From a virus: a stretch of DNA of 64,000 nucleotides. Positions 36,704-46,352 of the stretch are shown here, in pieces (positions within the stretch are counted from its first letter, which is position 1; every line of letters starts with the position of its first letter). A program made the position numbers and the translations under genes. Below the pieces are notes generated by a model, which ran no database searches, was not told the origin of the DNA, and saw only the letters and a list, made by a program, of their open reading frames with translations. Where the stretch lies: positions 1-64,000 of the IMG/VR virus record IMGVR_UViG_3300029711_000003; one strand, given 5' to 3'.

Positions 36704-37594
36704 ATGGAAGGAAAGTTTGAAATAAACAGGGGTGGTAACAACGCCATAGGACAGTCAGGTATCGGTTTTATCGTAGTTCCTGACGATAATACAAGGCAAC
36801 AATATATTGATGATTGCTATCGTACATCTACGGTAACAATCAATGGAGGTTTTGGTTATGGTTACATAAGTGCTGTTAAGATTTTGCCTGACGTTCTTCA
36901 AAAAATACGCTTTCCGCTAAAAAGCACGGAGAGAGGAACGCCAGTGTTATGGTTGAGGGAAAATTTCTCAAACCGTCCCATTGTTATTGGTATAATAAGT
37001 GAAGAAGGTTACACAAACCTTTTGAAAGAAAATCAAAACCGATTTGTTCAGGAAATAGACGGAAAAACGGTTGAGATTTTTCAAGATGCTAATTCGGCTA
37101 CACTAAACATAAATGTTGTAGGAAAATCTGATACTCCAGCTAATATCAATATCAAGGTTGCTTCTGGTTCAGAAGATAGCGTTGTTAACATAGATAGCGA
37201 TGGCAAGGTAAATGTTTCCGCTAATGATTTCACAGCAACAGCAAGAAATACTTTTAATATATTTTTGAAGGACGGAAAGAATGATGAGCTAATTTCTTTG
37301 ATTGGCGATTCAGAAAAGATGGAATTCAAAGATAAATTTGGTAATGTAATAACTTCTAATGAAGAAAATGTTAACATTACCGTTGCTGGAAAGTTCAATG
37401 TAAACAGCGGTAAAGAGCCGATGGTGCTTGGACAAACTCTTGTAGATTTGTTGAGCGAAATATTGGATGCTATTAAGCAGATAACGGTAGTCACGCCTGT
37501 CGGTACTTCTTCTGTTCCTGTTAATATAGCATCATTTACTTCTGCTCAGCAAAAATTGAAAAATATATTAAGTACAATTTCTAATTTAGATTGA
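36704..37594 (+). CDS. putative baseplate central spike / gpV-like protein
   Basis: 296 aa. Repetitive beta-strand middle (VNIDSDGKVNVSANDFTATARN...). Position is before the gp25-like and J-like genes. Confidence 0.4.
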   Translation: MEGKFEINRGGNNAIGQSGIGFIVVPDDNTRQQYIDDCYRTSTVTINGGFGYGYISAVKILPDVLQKIRFPLKSTERGTPVLWLRENFSNRPIVIGIISEEGYTNLLKENQNRFVQEIDGKTVEIFQDANSATLNINVVGKSDTPANINIKVASGSEDSVVNIDSDGKVNVSANDFTATARNTFNIFLKDGKNDELISLIGDSEKMEFKDKFGNVITSNEENVNITVAGKFNVNSGKEPMVLGQTLVDLLSEILDAIKQITVVTPVGTSSVPVNIASFTSAQQKLKNILSTISNLD

Positions 37595-37595
37595 T

Positions 37596-37862
37596 ATGCC
37601 AATAGCAACTGAAGCATTAAGAGCGTTTTTGACTCAGGGAATAAAAAATGCGCTTGACCAACCAATTGATGAAACTTCTAATTCAGACGAAGTTAAACAA
37701 AGATTTGCACAAAACATTGCTAATGCAATAGCAGATGGAGTTGACGCTTGGATTAAGACCGCTACTGTTACTGTACAGCCAGGAATACCAGTATCAACAG
37801 CAGGTGGGCCATCAGCTCAAACTGGAGCTACAACTGGTCAGGGAACTGGTACAATATCGTGA
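37596..37862 (+). CDS. hypothetical baseplate-module protein
   Basis: 88 aa, ORF track. Confidence 0.4.
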   Translation: MPIATEALRAFLTQGIKNALDQPIDETSNSDEVKQRFAQNIANAIADGVDAWIKTATVTVQPGIPVSTAGGPSAQTGATTGQGTGTIS

Positions 37863-37867
37863 ACAAA

Positions 37868-37876
37868 CAGTTATAA
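37868..37876 (+). promoter_or_regulatory. conserved CAGTTATAA element (candidate phage promoter core)
   Basis: Intergenic, 27 nt upstream of the ATG at 37895. Confidence 0.35.
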
Positions 37877-37894
37877 TTCATAGAAAAGAATAAT

Positions 37895-38629
37895 ATGAGC
37901 GCAATTACATCTGTTATAGAAAATACGTTGAATGCTGCAATGACCGTAGGTAAGGCGGCACTTCACGCTATGGCTCCTGATAACTACGAGTATTACATGT
38001 GTTCTCTTGAACTCATTGATTGCTCAGGTAATCAGGTAGGCTTTATTTCATTCGTTGTAATGCCCAATAATATAACTGAAAGCACAACTCCTATACAGAC
38101 CCAAACAAAGACGAAGAACGGCATGGTGACATTATTCAATGATTCATTTGCTCCTGTTAATATATCTTTGCAGGGTACATTTGGAAGAAAGTTCAAGATT
38201 GTTACCGATATGGTTGACCCAAGTGAAAAGGGTAATAATTTCTTCAATGGCAATATTGGTAAAATTGCTGGCGTTGAAATAGCGATTAAAAGTGGTTATG
38301 GGCTTACAAGAGTGTTACAATACATATTGAAAAAGACTAATGAATTGGACACGCAAGGCAGACCTTACATTCTGTTGTTCAATAATTATTCTTTCAATTC
38401 TTCTTATGTCGTTGACGTCATGAGCTATTCTTTCAATCAGAGTATTGAGAATAACATGCTTTGGTTCTACGAGCTTCAATTGAAGGCAATAGCACCTGGC
38501 TCAGCGGTAAGGAGTAGTAAACAGAACAATGCTCAACTTTTGAAAGTAGTTGCTTCCAATGCCATAGCTCAAGGATTGACTAATGTAATTAATGATGTAA
38601 AACGTAACAACACATTAAAGTATGTTTAG
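37895..38629 (+). CDS. hypothetical baseplate-module protein
   Basis: 244 aa, ORF track. Confidence 0.45.
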   Translation: MSAITSVIENTLNAAMTVGKAALHAMAPDNYEYYMCSLELIDCSGNQVGFISFVVMPNNITESTTPIQTQTKTKNGMVTLFNDSFAPVNISLQGTFGRKFKIVTDMVDPSEKGNNFFNGNIGKIAGVEIAIKSGYGLTRVLQYILKKTNELDTQGRPYILLFNNYSFNSSYVVDVMSYSFNQSIENNMLWFYELQLKAIAPGSAVRSSKQNNAQLLKVVASNAIAQGLTNVINDVKRNNTLKYV

Positions 38630-39530
38630 TGATATTGTAAGTGACTTTGAAAATATAACCAAGTTTGCCTTGTTAGACTACTTGGAACAATATAGGGATT
38701 TCATGCAAAATGATTTCTCCTATATTTCTTCATATTACAACGGAGATACGGCAAGTGTTGATTCATCTTATATTTCCAATTTCAATTCTTTGAGGACTAA
38801 GAGCAAAACACTGATGCAGCAGTTCATAAACTTTTCTCACCGATTATCGAATTGCGGTTTTTGGGAGCTTCAGGAGTATTGTCAAGACCTTAATGATACT
38901 TTGGAAAAGATAACCAAATTGCCTAAGTATTACAGAACATCTAAGACGGTAAGAGGTTATCAGCCGTATATACAAGTCAAGGGAAACATTGGCGGTATGA
39001 AAACCGTTAAGGATTTAGCCGAAGAAATAAGTTCCAATGGTGTTAGCGAAATAAGTCTTATCATTGATAATGACCTTCAGGAGAAAGATTGGGAAATTGA
39101 CCAATTGTCTGCCGTTACTGCCTTTGTAAATAATCAGGTGGACGTAGTAGTTGAAACAATTCTTGAACAGCCTGTAGGCAATCAAATTTATGGTAAGGAT
39201 ATTGCTCGCAAGATAACACTGGAAGACAATGATATTGCCGTTAAGAAATATGAAGACAACGTTGAACAAAAATGTGATATTCTATTAGAGCTTGAGCGTG
39301 GTAACATTCCTGAAATGCCTGCGTTTGGTAAAAATCCGCTTCAAGGTACCAATATGGCTAATTACAATTATGCTGAATTGGTAAAGGACTTGCAGAGCGT
39401 ATTTCTTCAGGATGATTTGTTTGAATCAATAGAAGTTACAAACGTTGAATTCAAAGATGGCGACTTGTATGTCACTTGTTCTATTCAAACCAAGTATTCG
39501 TATTCAACTGTAAAAACATTAAGATTATGA
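38622..39530 (+). CDS. baseplate wedge protein with C-terminal gp25/gpW-like domain
   Basis: The C-terminal ...GNIPEMPAFGKNPLQG...ELVKDLQSVFLQDDLFESIEVTNVEFKDGDLYVTCSIQTK fits the GPW/gp25 pattern. Confidence 0.5.
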   Translation: MFSDIVSDFENITKFALLDYLEQYRDFMQNDFSYISSYYNGDTASVDSSYISNFNSLRTKSKTLMQQFINFSHRLSNCGFWELQEYCQDLNDTLEKITKLPKYYRTSKTVRGYQPYIQVKGNIGGMKTVKDLAEEISSNGVSEISLIIDNDLQEKDWEIDQLSAVTAFVNNQVDVVVETILEQPVGNQIYGKDIARKITLEDNDIAVKKYEDNVEQKCDILLELERGNIPEMPAFGKNPLQGTNMANYNYAELVKDLQSVFLQDDLFESIEVTNVEFKDGDLYVTCSIQTKYSYSTVKTLRL

Positions 39531-40723
39531 TAACGAAAATAACATCAGTAGATGAATTGAAGCAAATATGGTTGGAGATATTTCTCAACAAAACCGATAA
39601 GGTGAGTGACGTTTCGGATGAGTCAGTTTTGAACGGTATTGCATACGGATGCGGAAAACTTGCTCAAAGAACATTGGCTAATCAAGCTATCATTGAAGGT
39701 CATATCTTTCCTGATACTGCTTATGGAGATTATCTTGACCAGTTAGCTGCTATTCGTGGCGTAGCTCCGAGATTTGGTGCAACGGCAAGCTCAACTTATG
39801 TTAGAGTGATTGCTGATGCTGGAACGTCTTATTTAGCAGGAACACATCAGTTTACTTCTACTTCGGGAATTGTATTTGTACCCGAAAAGAGCGTGACGGT
39901 TGGTGAAAATGGATATGCTTATGTTAAGGTAAGAAGTTTGCAGAGCGGATTGTCTGCTAATGTAGATGCACTTTCCATAAACCAAGTGTCTCCAATTCCT
40001 GAGGGTCATATAAATTGTACAAATGAGTATGCTGCAACTGGAGGTCGTGACCAAGAAGATGATGAACTGTTCCGACAGAGGATAAAAGAAAGTATAAATC
40101 AATTGTCAAGAACAACGCTGTCTTATCTTGAGCAAGTTTTCATGAAAATCAATAACAATGTTTTAAGGCTGTTCAAAGGTAGTACGGACGAAAGCGGACG
40201 TTTGAATTTGATTGTAGTTTCAGTAAACGGACAAGATTTCACGGAAGATGAGTTCAATGAAATTCTCAGCCGTTCTGAAGAATATCTTTCTTTGTCCGAG
40301 CTTTTGAGAACTTCTACAGATTATGCTTTGAAGCTCAATAATGTTGACTGGCTTACAGTTGACGTTGAGTTCCGAGTAGATTTTGACCCTGCTTATGACC
40401 AAGACGAAATTCGCAAGAACATACAGATTCAAATGTCAAAACTTTTTGACTATCGTTTTTGGCAATATGGTGATAAGGTAGAATGGGAAAATTTGTTGTA
40501 TGCCGCTAAGAATGTTGAGGGTGTTAGATACGTGCCTGATACACACTTTTCTCCGCACGCTGATATAAATGTACCGAAATATCAATTGCCACGCATTAGA
40601 GGATTTGTATTGAGAGATTTGGATGGCAATATCATAGAAGACAATGGCGGCGTATTGAGTGAGTTCTATTATCCCAATGAGCCTGATGATTCATTTTCAA
40701 GTTCTGTTTTAATGACTATTTGA
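39527..40723 (+). CDS. baseplate J-like (gp6-like) protein
   Basis: VLNGIAYGCGKLAQRTLANQAIIEGHIFPDTAYGDYLDQLAAIRGVAPRFGATASSTYVRV fits the Baseplate_J pattern. I prefer the ATGA-overlap start at 39527 over the track start at 39476. Confidence 0.65.
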   Translation: MITKITSVDELKQIWLEIFLNKTDKVSDVSDESVLNGIAYGCGKLAQRTLANQAIIEGHIFPDTAYGDYLDQLAAIRGVAPRFGATASSTYVRVIADAGTSYLAGTHQFTSTSGIVFVPEKSVTVGENGYAYVKVRSLQSGLSANVDALSINQVSPIPEGHINCTNEYAATGGRDQEDDELFRQRIKESINQLSRTTLSYLEQVFMKINNNVLRLFKGSTDESGRLNLIVVSVNGQDFTEDEFNEILSRSEEYLSLSELLRTSTDYALKLNNVDWLTVDVEFRVDFDPAYDQDEIRKNIQIQMSKLFDYRFWQYGDKVEWENLLYAAKNVEGVRYVPDTHFSPHADINVPKYQLPRIRGFVLRDLDGNIIEDNGGVLSEFYYPNEPDDSFSSSVLMTI

Positions 40724-40724
40724 T

Positions 40725-41030
40725 ATGAGAACGGAAGTAAGTGTAAAAACGACAACCGAAGTTGACACCAAAACTGGCGATTTTCTTATAAGTTGTTTTG
40801 CTGATATGAACGAAGATGGGTCAAAAACTCCTTCTATTTACAAGTCAGATGTTTTAGACAGTACTAAGATAATTGACAATGTTTCGGGAAAAGAGGGAGA
40901 ATTGATGTTGACCTATTCGGGAGATACGGTTGGTGAAATCAACGATGACGGTGAACTGGTAATAAATCCTGACGGTGATGACGTCAATAAGTACAATAAA
41001 CAAGATGAAAACTTGATATATGAAGGATAG
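40725..41030 (+). CDS. hypothetical baseplate/fibre-module protein
   Basis: 101 aa, ORF track. Confidence 0.4.
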   Translation: MRTEVSVKTTTEVDTKTGDFLISCFADMNEDGSKTPSIYKSDVLDSTKIIDNVSGKEGELMLTYSGDTVGEINDDGELVINPDGDDVNKYNKQDENLIYEG

Positions 41031-42705
41031 TATATTACAAGCAATAGGTGATGTTCTTATCATTGATGTTGTTCCTAAGATAAACGGACGTATCCAATTC
41101 ACGGAGTATTCGGACGTATGGGAAGGAATAACAGATGAAAGGACGGTGAACAAAGAGTTCCGTGTTTCAGCAGACGGAGTTTTTTGGAGTAATTGGTTGG
41201 CTTTAACAAATGAAAATCTTGCCAACGGTCAATTCGTTGCCAACGGTCAATTCACCATCCAACTCCGATTTACCCGTACTGGTACAGATGAAACTGGAGT
41301 AATAGAGTTCAAAACAATAGACTTCTATGGGTCAAGGGAGGAAATTCAATTTGTCGCTCCTACCTTGTCTTCCAGTATATTCGCTGATATTGTTGGTACA
41401 GACGGTTTACGTCAATTGGAAGAAAATTTATTCAAGAAGCTGTATTACAGAGGCATTTTGCCCGATTACATAATCAGAGCTGCTAATTCAGATGCTGAAG
41501 AAGATGCTGACTTTATTGATGTGTTTTATAGCGTGGCACGTTTCTTCGCTATAATGATACGTTTCTTCACGAGATTTGAAAATTTCAAAGACGATTTTGA
41601 TTTGATGCGTGAAAACGTAAGACAATATGGCTTGTACTTTGATGAATCAAATATCACTCTGGAAGAGCTTCAATTTCTTTCTCAGCATCTGTTCGATGAG
41701 ATACGAAAGAGAGGAACAGTGATGATATTTAAGCGTCAGGGTGACGTTGTAAATGGTCAACCGCTGCCCATAGATGGAGAATTTATAAGACTTCTAAGAA
41801 GTAAGCCGAGCGATGAGTTGTTGTATGAGAATGTTCCGTTGTATAAGGTAGGTTGGTGTCTTGGACAATGTTCTCCTATGTATCGTGGCACTTCTCAAGC
41901 CTACTATTTGAACAAGACTAAGGAAAACACAGAAGATTTTGTTGATATCAATAACTTCATTATAACTAATAGCGGCAGAGGAAATTATGAGTTGCAGACA
42001 TTCAACAATAAAAAGGTTTTGCGACTTTTCCAAACAACTACTTCAAACACCACTGTCGGTTTAGGTCGTGTGAACGAAGATACGGAGGTATCAATTGATG
42101 ATTTAATTGTAGTTGATTCACGTTTAGATTATGAAATAACATTCGCTTTCCAAGTAGTTGGTAGTGGTTCTTCAAATAACAAATTACTGTTTGGAGTAGA
42201 AGGATTTGACATTTTAGGCAATAGGTTGAACGATGCTTTCATAACTCCTAATGGTGACCAAATATCGGAAACTTTTGTTTTGGAAAGTTTGTCTAAATGG
42301 AAAAGGAACAATTGGTATTATGCCAGAGGAATTTTGCACGCTTATTCATCTGTTAACATGGATGAAAATCTTACAAATTTAGGATTTGGCACCAATTTGT
42401 ATTTCAACAATTCATTTGTTAAATACATTCTGCCCAAGATACAGATAAGCGGAACAGCTACATTTGACGTGAAGATTTGGGACTACAAAGTAAGACCGCT
42501 GGTAAGAGGAACGAACATATTGCCGTTAAAAAGCGGTGAGGAAAATTCTCATAGTCTTGGTTTCATACAAAGCCAAAGGATATTCTACAGCTATGTTAGA
42601 AACAACAATAATAGTCAAAGCAAGGATGAAATAACAGATATTATAGAAAAGTATTTGTTACCATATAACACAACAGATATATTTGTTTTCATGAGTAATT
42701 ATTAA
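41020..42705 (+). CDS. putative baseplate/tail fibre protein
   Basis: 561 aa. By synteny. Confidence 0.45.
   Translation: MKDSILQAIGDVLIIDVVPKINGRIQFTEYSDVWEGITDERTVNKEFRVSADGVFWSNWLALTNENLANGQFVANGQFTIQLRFTRTGTDETGVIEFKTIDFYGSREEIQFVAPTLSSSIFADIVGTDGLRQLEENLFKKLYYRGILPDYIIRAANSDAEEDADFIDVFYSVARFFAIMIRFFTRFENFKDDFDLMRENVRQYGLYFDESNITLEELQFLSQHLFDEIRKRGTVMIFKRQGDVVNGQPLPIDGEFIRLLRSKPSDELLYENVPLYKVGWCLGQCSPMYRGTSQAYYLNKTKENTEDFVDINNFIITNSGRGNYELQTFNNKKVLRLFQTTTSNTTVGLGRVNEDTEVSIDDLIVVDSRLDYEITFAFQVVGSGSSNNKLLFGVEGFDILGNRLNDAFITPNGDQISETFVLESLSKWKRNNWYYARGILHAYSSVNMDENLTNLGFGTNLYFNNSFVKYILPKIQISGTATFDVKIWDYKVRPLVRGTNILPLKSGEENSHSLGFIQSQRIFYSYVRNNNNSQSKDEITDIIEKYLLPYNTTDIFVFMSNY
41221..41256 (+). 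repeat. 18-bp in-frame tandem duplication (ANGQFV-ANGQFT)
   Basis: GCCAACGGTCAATTCGTT followed by GCCAACGGTCAATTCACC. Confidence 0.9.
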
Positions 42706-42717
42706 AAGCGTAAAAAT

Positions 42718-44166
42718 ATGTCAAGATTGAAATTTAGTTCCAATCTTTTTCTTGAGGTTAATGAGCTGCAACGGTTCAACAAATTCTTGGAAGAAGATGG
42801 ATGGAAAAGAGCAATGAAGGCAATATCAAAGAACTTCGGTATTGTTGAAAATGCGTCAAATTCCTACTTCAAAGTAACCGCACGTTCAGGTAGCAATTCG
42901 GTGATTGTAATCAATGCAGGTATTGCCTTTGATAGCAATATGGATGCTATCGTAATGACGGATGACTTGGAATTGTCGGTAGGAAATACTGGTTCAAACC
43001 GTTGGGTCATCTTATCAAGAGCCGTAACCAATGAAGAACAAGGAACTGTTAGCATCAATTCGGACGGTTCACTTTCAGGCATTGGAACTGAATTCACTAA
43101 GGTATTGAGAGGCCAACCCAATTTTCCTGTTAAGGTTAAATTCAACTCAACGAGCAATAACGGAGAATATGAAGTTGTTTCAGTTACTTCTGATACTTCG
43201 GCACTACTTTCGGGGTCATTCGTAAATCAAAGCAATATAAAGTATTCGGTTGTTGGAACATTCACACCTGGCTTCCAACCTACTGAAGATAACAAAATGA
43301 TTTATGAATATGACTCTTATAACATAGAGGTTGTTGATTCAGAGGATAGACCAGCTGTATCGGAAGATGAATTCATTCTTGCTATGATATCATTTGACGT
43401 CAGTGGTTCAATGAATGTTTCGGATGAAAGAATAAGATATATGTTTAACAATCCTTACACTCAATCCGATGAATCAGACAATTCTACTGACCCATTGGTA
43501 AGTTTATTGAGTACTGGGGTTGTTGGAGGTATTCATGCTGTAGGTAGTGCCGCCGCAGAATTTGAATTGATTATGGAACACGGATATACGGTAACAAGAC
43601 ATGAGTTGATTACCACTTCCACTTCCAATACTTTCAACATCATTAGTGGACAAAGTAATTTCTTGGGCACTGGTAACATTCCTGACGGTATGTTCAGAGG
43701 ATGGCTGCTTGTAAACCGAGCTAATATGAAGTATGCTTTGATTGATGACAATAGCAATAAGTCTTTGTACATTTCCAATCTTGATACTTCTATTATATTG
43801 GATAGCGTAAATGATTTCATCATTGTTCCTAATTGCAATGAAATTGAATATGAAGTTACAGTATCTAACAATGTTGACCATCCAAACATACCTTTCTATT
43901 TCAGAAGTTCTATTTGGAATTTATACACAAGAGCTAAGGTACATGCTTTTTATCCGAGCAATGACGTAGATAATTTTGACAATCAAGTCACTATAACCAT
44001 CAAATACCGTCTTATGGACAATAGCGGTAATCAACAGCCTTTTAGCAATCTTGCTATTGCTCAATTTGAAAACGTCAACGGACAGACAGAAACTCTTTCC
44101 GAAAGCTCATTTGTCGTTGACCTTACTACCATTGAACCTGAAGCTAAACAACGTAATTATTCTTGA
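42718..44166 (+). CDS. putative tail fibre protein
   Basis: 482 aa. By synteny. Confidence 0.45.
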   Translation: MSRLKFSSNLFLEVNELQRFNKFLEEDGWKRAMKAISKNFGIVENASNSYFKVTARSGSNSVIVINAGIAFDSNMDAIVMTDDLELSVGNTGSNRWVILSRAVTNEEQGTVSINSDGSLSGIGTEFTKVLRGQPNFPVKVKFNSTSNNGEYEVVSVTSDTSALLSGSFVNQSNIKYSVVGTFTPGFQPTEDNKMIYEYDSYNIEVVDSEDRPAVSEDEFILAMISFDVSGSMNVSDERIRYMFNNPYTQSDESDNSTDPLVSLLSTGVVGGIHAVGSAAAEFELIMEHGYTVTRHELITTSTSNTFNIISGQSNFLGTGNIPDGMFRGWLLVNRANMKYALIDDNSNKSLYISNLDTSIILDSVNDFIIVPNCNEIEYEVTVSNNVDHPNIPFYFRSSIWNLYTRAKVHAFYPSNDVDNFDNQVTITIKYRLMDNSGNQQPFSNLAIAQFENVNGQTETLSESSFVVDLTTIEPEAKQRNYS

Positions 44167-44167
44167 T

Positions 44168-45022
44168 ATGTTACTATATTTAACAGGTGCAAGCACCTCA
44201 TTAGTTAAAAGTGAGGACAATCCTCAAACAGATGCAAGTAAGAGCTTGGGTGGATATATTTCTTCCACTCCAGCTCCCAACGCTGCTTTGAATAGTTTGT
44301 TTGATATGATTTCTTCTTATACTTTGGAGAAGAAGCAAAAAGAAACTATTGCGCTTGGTTTGATTAACCAATTAGAAACAGCCGTAAAGAACGTTGAATT
44401 GAAAATAGTAACGGACGTTGATAACGTAGCTACATTCAAAGTAGCAGCCGTTGCTGTTAGTTCAGACAACTATCGGATGGAAAGTATTTCAAGCCGTTAT
44501 CAGGAGCCTATGGCGGCTGAATTTCATGATGCTTCATTTTACAGAGCTTGCGTTGATTTAGAGGTTACTCAATACGCTGGTAAGGATGAAGAAATAGCAC
44601 TTTATCCATTTGGCATTTCTTTCGTTGTTCAGGAAGAAGGATGGGAAGGAACATGGAAGGCTTTTGAAGAGGCATTTTCCAATGACGAAACATACGAGAT
44701 AAGGCGAATATCTAAAAAGAAATATAGGATTGGCAGGCGTGACGAAAAATTATTGGAAAAACCACTTAAATGTTTTTACATAACCACTGAAGGTTTTAAG
44801 GCAGAATTTTTAGGCGAATTATCCAATGAATCTGACAATACGGTATTGATTTCTGAAAGACTGGAGCCGAAAGAAGCAATTGGATTATGGATTCAAAGAG
44901 ATATAAAAGACTCATCAATTTCCAGTAATGAACAATTACTTGAAGATTACAAACATCATGTCATTAAGGAAACTGTTGAGGATGTAGAAATTGTTGTAAG
45001 CTACGATTTAGGAGAGCCGTGA
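44168..45022 (+). CDS. putative fibre-module protein
   Basis: I prefer the ATG at 44168, 1 nt after the upstream stop. It gives MLLYLTGASTSLVKSEDNPQTDASKSLGGYISS.... The track start at 44051 is a TTG inside the upstream gene. Confidence 0.45.
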   Translation: MLLYLTGASTSLVKSEDNPQTDASKSLGGYISSTPAPNAALNSLFDMISSYTLEKKQKETIALGLINQLETAVKNVELKIVTDVDNVATFKVAAVAVSSDNYRMESISSRYQEPMAAEFHDASFYRACVDLEVTQYAGKDEEIALYPFGISFVVQEEGWEGTWKAFEEAFSNDETYEIRRISKKKYRIGRRDEKLLEKPLKCFYITTEGFKAEFLGELSNESDNTVLISERLEPKEAIGLWIQRDIKDSSISSNEQLLEDYKHHVIKETVEDVEIVVSYDLGEP

Positions 45023-45106
45023 AATAAAACTCCAGATATAGACATAATTGAATGAGGTAAAACTTATTCAAAGCAAATTAAATGTTAAACTTAAATTATT
45101 AAAATT

Positions 45107-45316
45107 ATGGACGAAAATGTCGGTAAGATTTATTGCTTGGACAGAGGCAATGATGATGCGTTAGCAGCTGCTATTTTAGCAAATGGTAATAGACGTGATT
45201 ATGACCCGATGACTGCGGCGGCTCTGCTGAAGCAGACTCAGAGACTTCTGAACGCTTATCGTAATGGTTGCGGCTGTGGATGTAACGATGGTTGCGGAAA
45301 CGGCTGCGGTTGCTAA
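45107..45316 (+). CDS. 69-aa peptide ending in Cys-Gly repeat GCGCGCNDGCGNGCGC
   Basis: ORF track. Structured-looking N-terminal ~52 aa, then 7 Cys in the last 16 residues. First gene of a two-gene unit closed by a terminator. Confidence 0.5.
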   Translation: MDENVGKIYCLDRGNDDALAAAILANGNRRDYDPMTAAALLKQTQRLLNAYRNGCGCGCNDGCGNGCGC

Positions 45317-45334
45317 TTAAAGGAGGGCACTACT

Positions 45335-45760
45335 ATGGCAGTATATTTATCACCCGTGGGATTATCATCTGCGCCAGTAGCAAACCAAGTTTCTTTGTCA
45401 GCAACTTTCAAAGAACGTCTTTGTCGTAGAATTTGCGAAAATTCAACAAATCAACCTGAAGCATTCGTAACTTATAAGACTGGTACTCCAATCTTTAATG
45501 GAACGACTGTTTTCGTACCTGTTATTGCTACTGTAACAATAGTAACGCCAGGATGCGGTTGTAAAGCTACAACTCAGGTTATTGTTGAAGAGTTTATGGC
45601 TACATTTCAAGGACAAACTGGATTGCCTACAAATGTTTCACTATCAGCTGAGGGACAAACTCAACGGTTGGCTAATGTTTCTTGCGGCAGTTCTAACTGT
45701 TTGGCGATTTACAGCTCATTGACTGTAACTATTACACCTGCTACAACGGCAGCTGCTTGA
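45335..45760 (+). CDS. Thr/Val-rich beta-type protein with internal GCGC
   Basis: 141 aa. Preceded by AAGGAGGG 7 nt from the ATG, the strongest SD-like sequence I noticed in the window. Contains TPGCGCKATT and NVSCGSSNC. Confidence 0.55.
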   Translation: MAVYLSPVGLSSAPVANQVSLSATFKERLCRRICENSTNQPEAFVTYKTGTPIFNGTTVFVPVIATVTIVTPGCGCKATTQVIVEEFMATFQGQTGLPTNVSLSAEGQTQRLANVSCGSSNCLAIYSSLTVTITPATTAAA

Positions 45761-45773
45761 GTTAGTTAATTTG

Positions 45774-45815
45774 GGGCAGAAGGTAGATTTTTACAGTTTA
45801 TCTTCTGCCCTTTTG
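45774..45815 (+). terminator. rho-independent terminator
   Basis: Perfect 9-bp stem GGGCAGAAG / CTTCTGCCC, 19-nt loop, TTTTG tail. Confidence 0.7.
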
Positions 45816-45842
45816 TATAAACAATTAAATAAATGAATCGTT

Positions 45843-46349
45843 ATGTTACAGTTCAAAGACATTAAGCAAAACTCAAATGTTTACATTCTTGATAAGAATA
45901 CAGTTGAGATAACGACAGGAAAGATAAGCTCAGCTTCATTTCCAAAGCTGGAATACAATCCGCAAACTGGTCAACAACAGATGATGATAACATTCGGTAT
46001 CGAAGCCGATGGTAAATCACCCACTTATTCGATACCTGAATCAGCGTCAGTAGTTACGGCTGGCGATTTGATAATTGCTACAGAAAAGTCAGGTTTGTTG
46101 CATGATATTGAAATACTCAATAACACATCAGACCAATTCTTGACTAATGTTGACAATCTCATCGAACACCACAAAATGGTTAAGGAGAAAGCAACGGCAT
46201 TACTGTCTGACCTCAATCCAGTTTACAAAGAGAAACAGGAAACGGAAAAGAGGTTCAATAGCATTGAAGACAGATTCAATAAGTTTGAGAAGAAAGTGGA
46301 CGGCATGAGCCAAATGCTTGAGAATTTCATTAAAAAGATGGAGAGCTAA
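45843..46349 (+). CDS. hypothetical protein
   Basis: 168 aa, ORF track. Confidence 0.45.
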   Translation: MLQFKDIKQNSNVYILDKNTVEITTGKISSASFPKLEYNPQTGQQQMMITFGIEADGKSPTYSIPESASVVTAGDLIIATEKSGLLHDIEILNNTSDQFLTNVDNLIEHHKMVKEKATALLSDLNPVYKEKQETEKRFNSIEDRFNKFEKKVDGMSQMLENFIKKMES

Positions 46350-46352
46350 GTT

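Noticed and set aside
39476-39526. Long N-terminal extensions proposed by the ORF track: 39476 for the J-like gene, 44051 for the 44168 gene, 21506 for the lipoprotein, and 56342, 31592, 30933 and 63125, which use TTG/GTG starts.
   Set aside because: In each case an ATG lies at or next to the upstream stop codon (often an ATGA overlap). That ATG gives a sensible N-terminus, whereas the extensions overlap the upstream gene and translate to implausible sequence.
45107-45316. A complete azole-peptide (microcin B17-like) biosynthetic cluster.
   Set aside because: Only the precursor-like peptide is present. No YcaO/cyclodehydratase, dehydrogenase or export genes are recognisable in the window, so a RiPP assignment is unsupported. 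It is kept only as one hypothesis.
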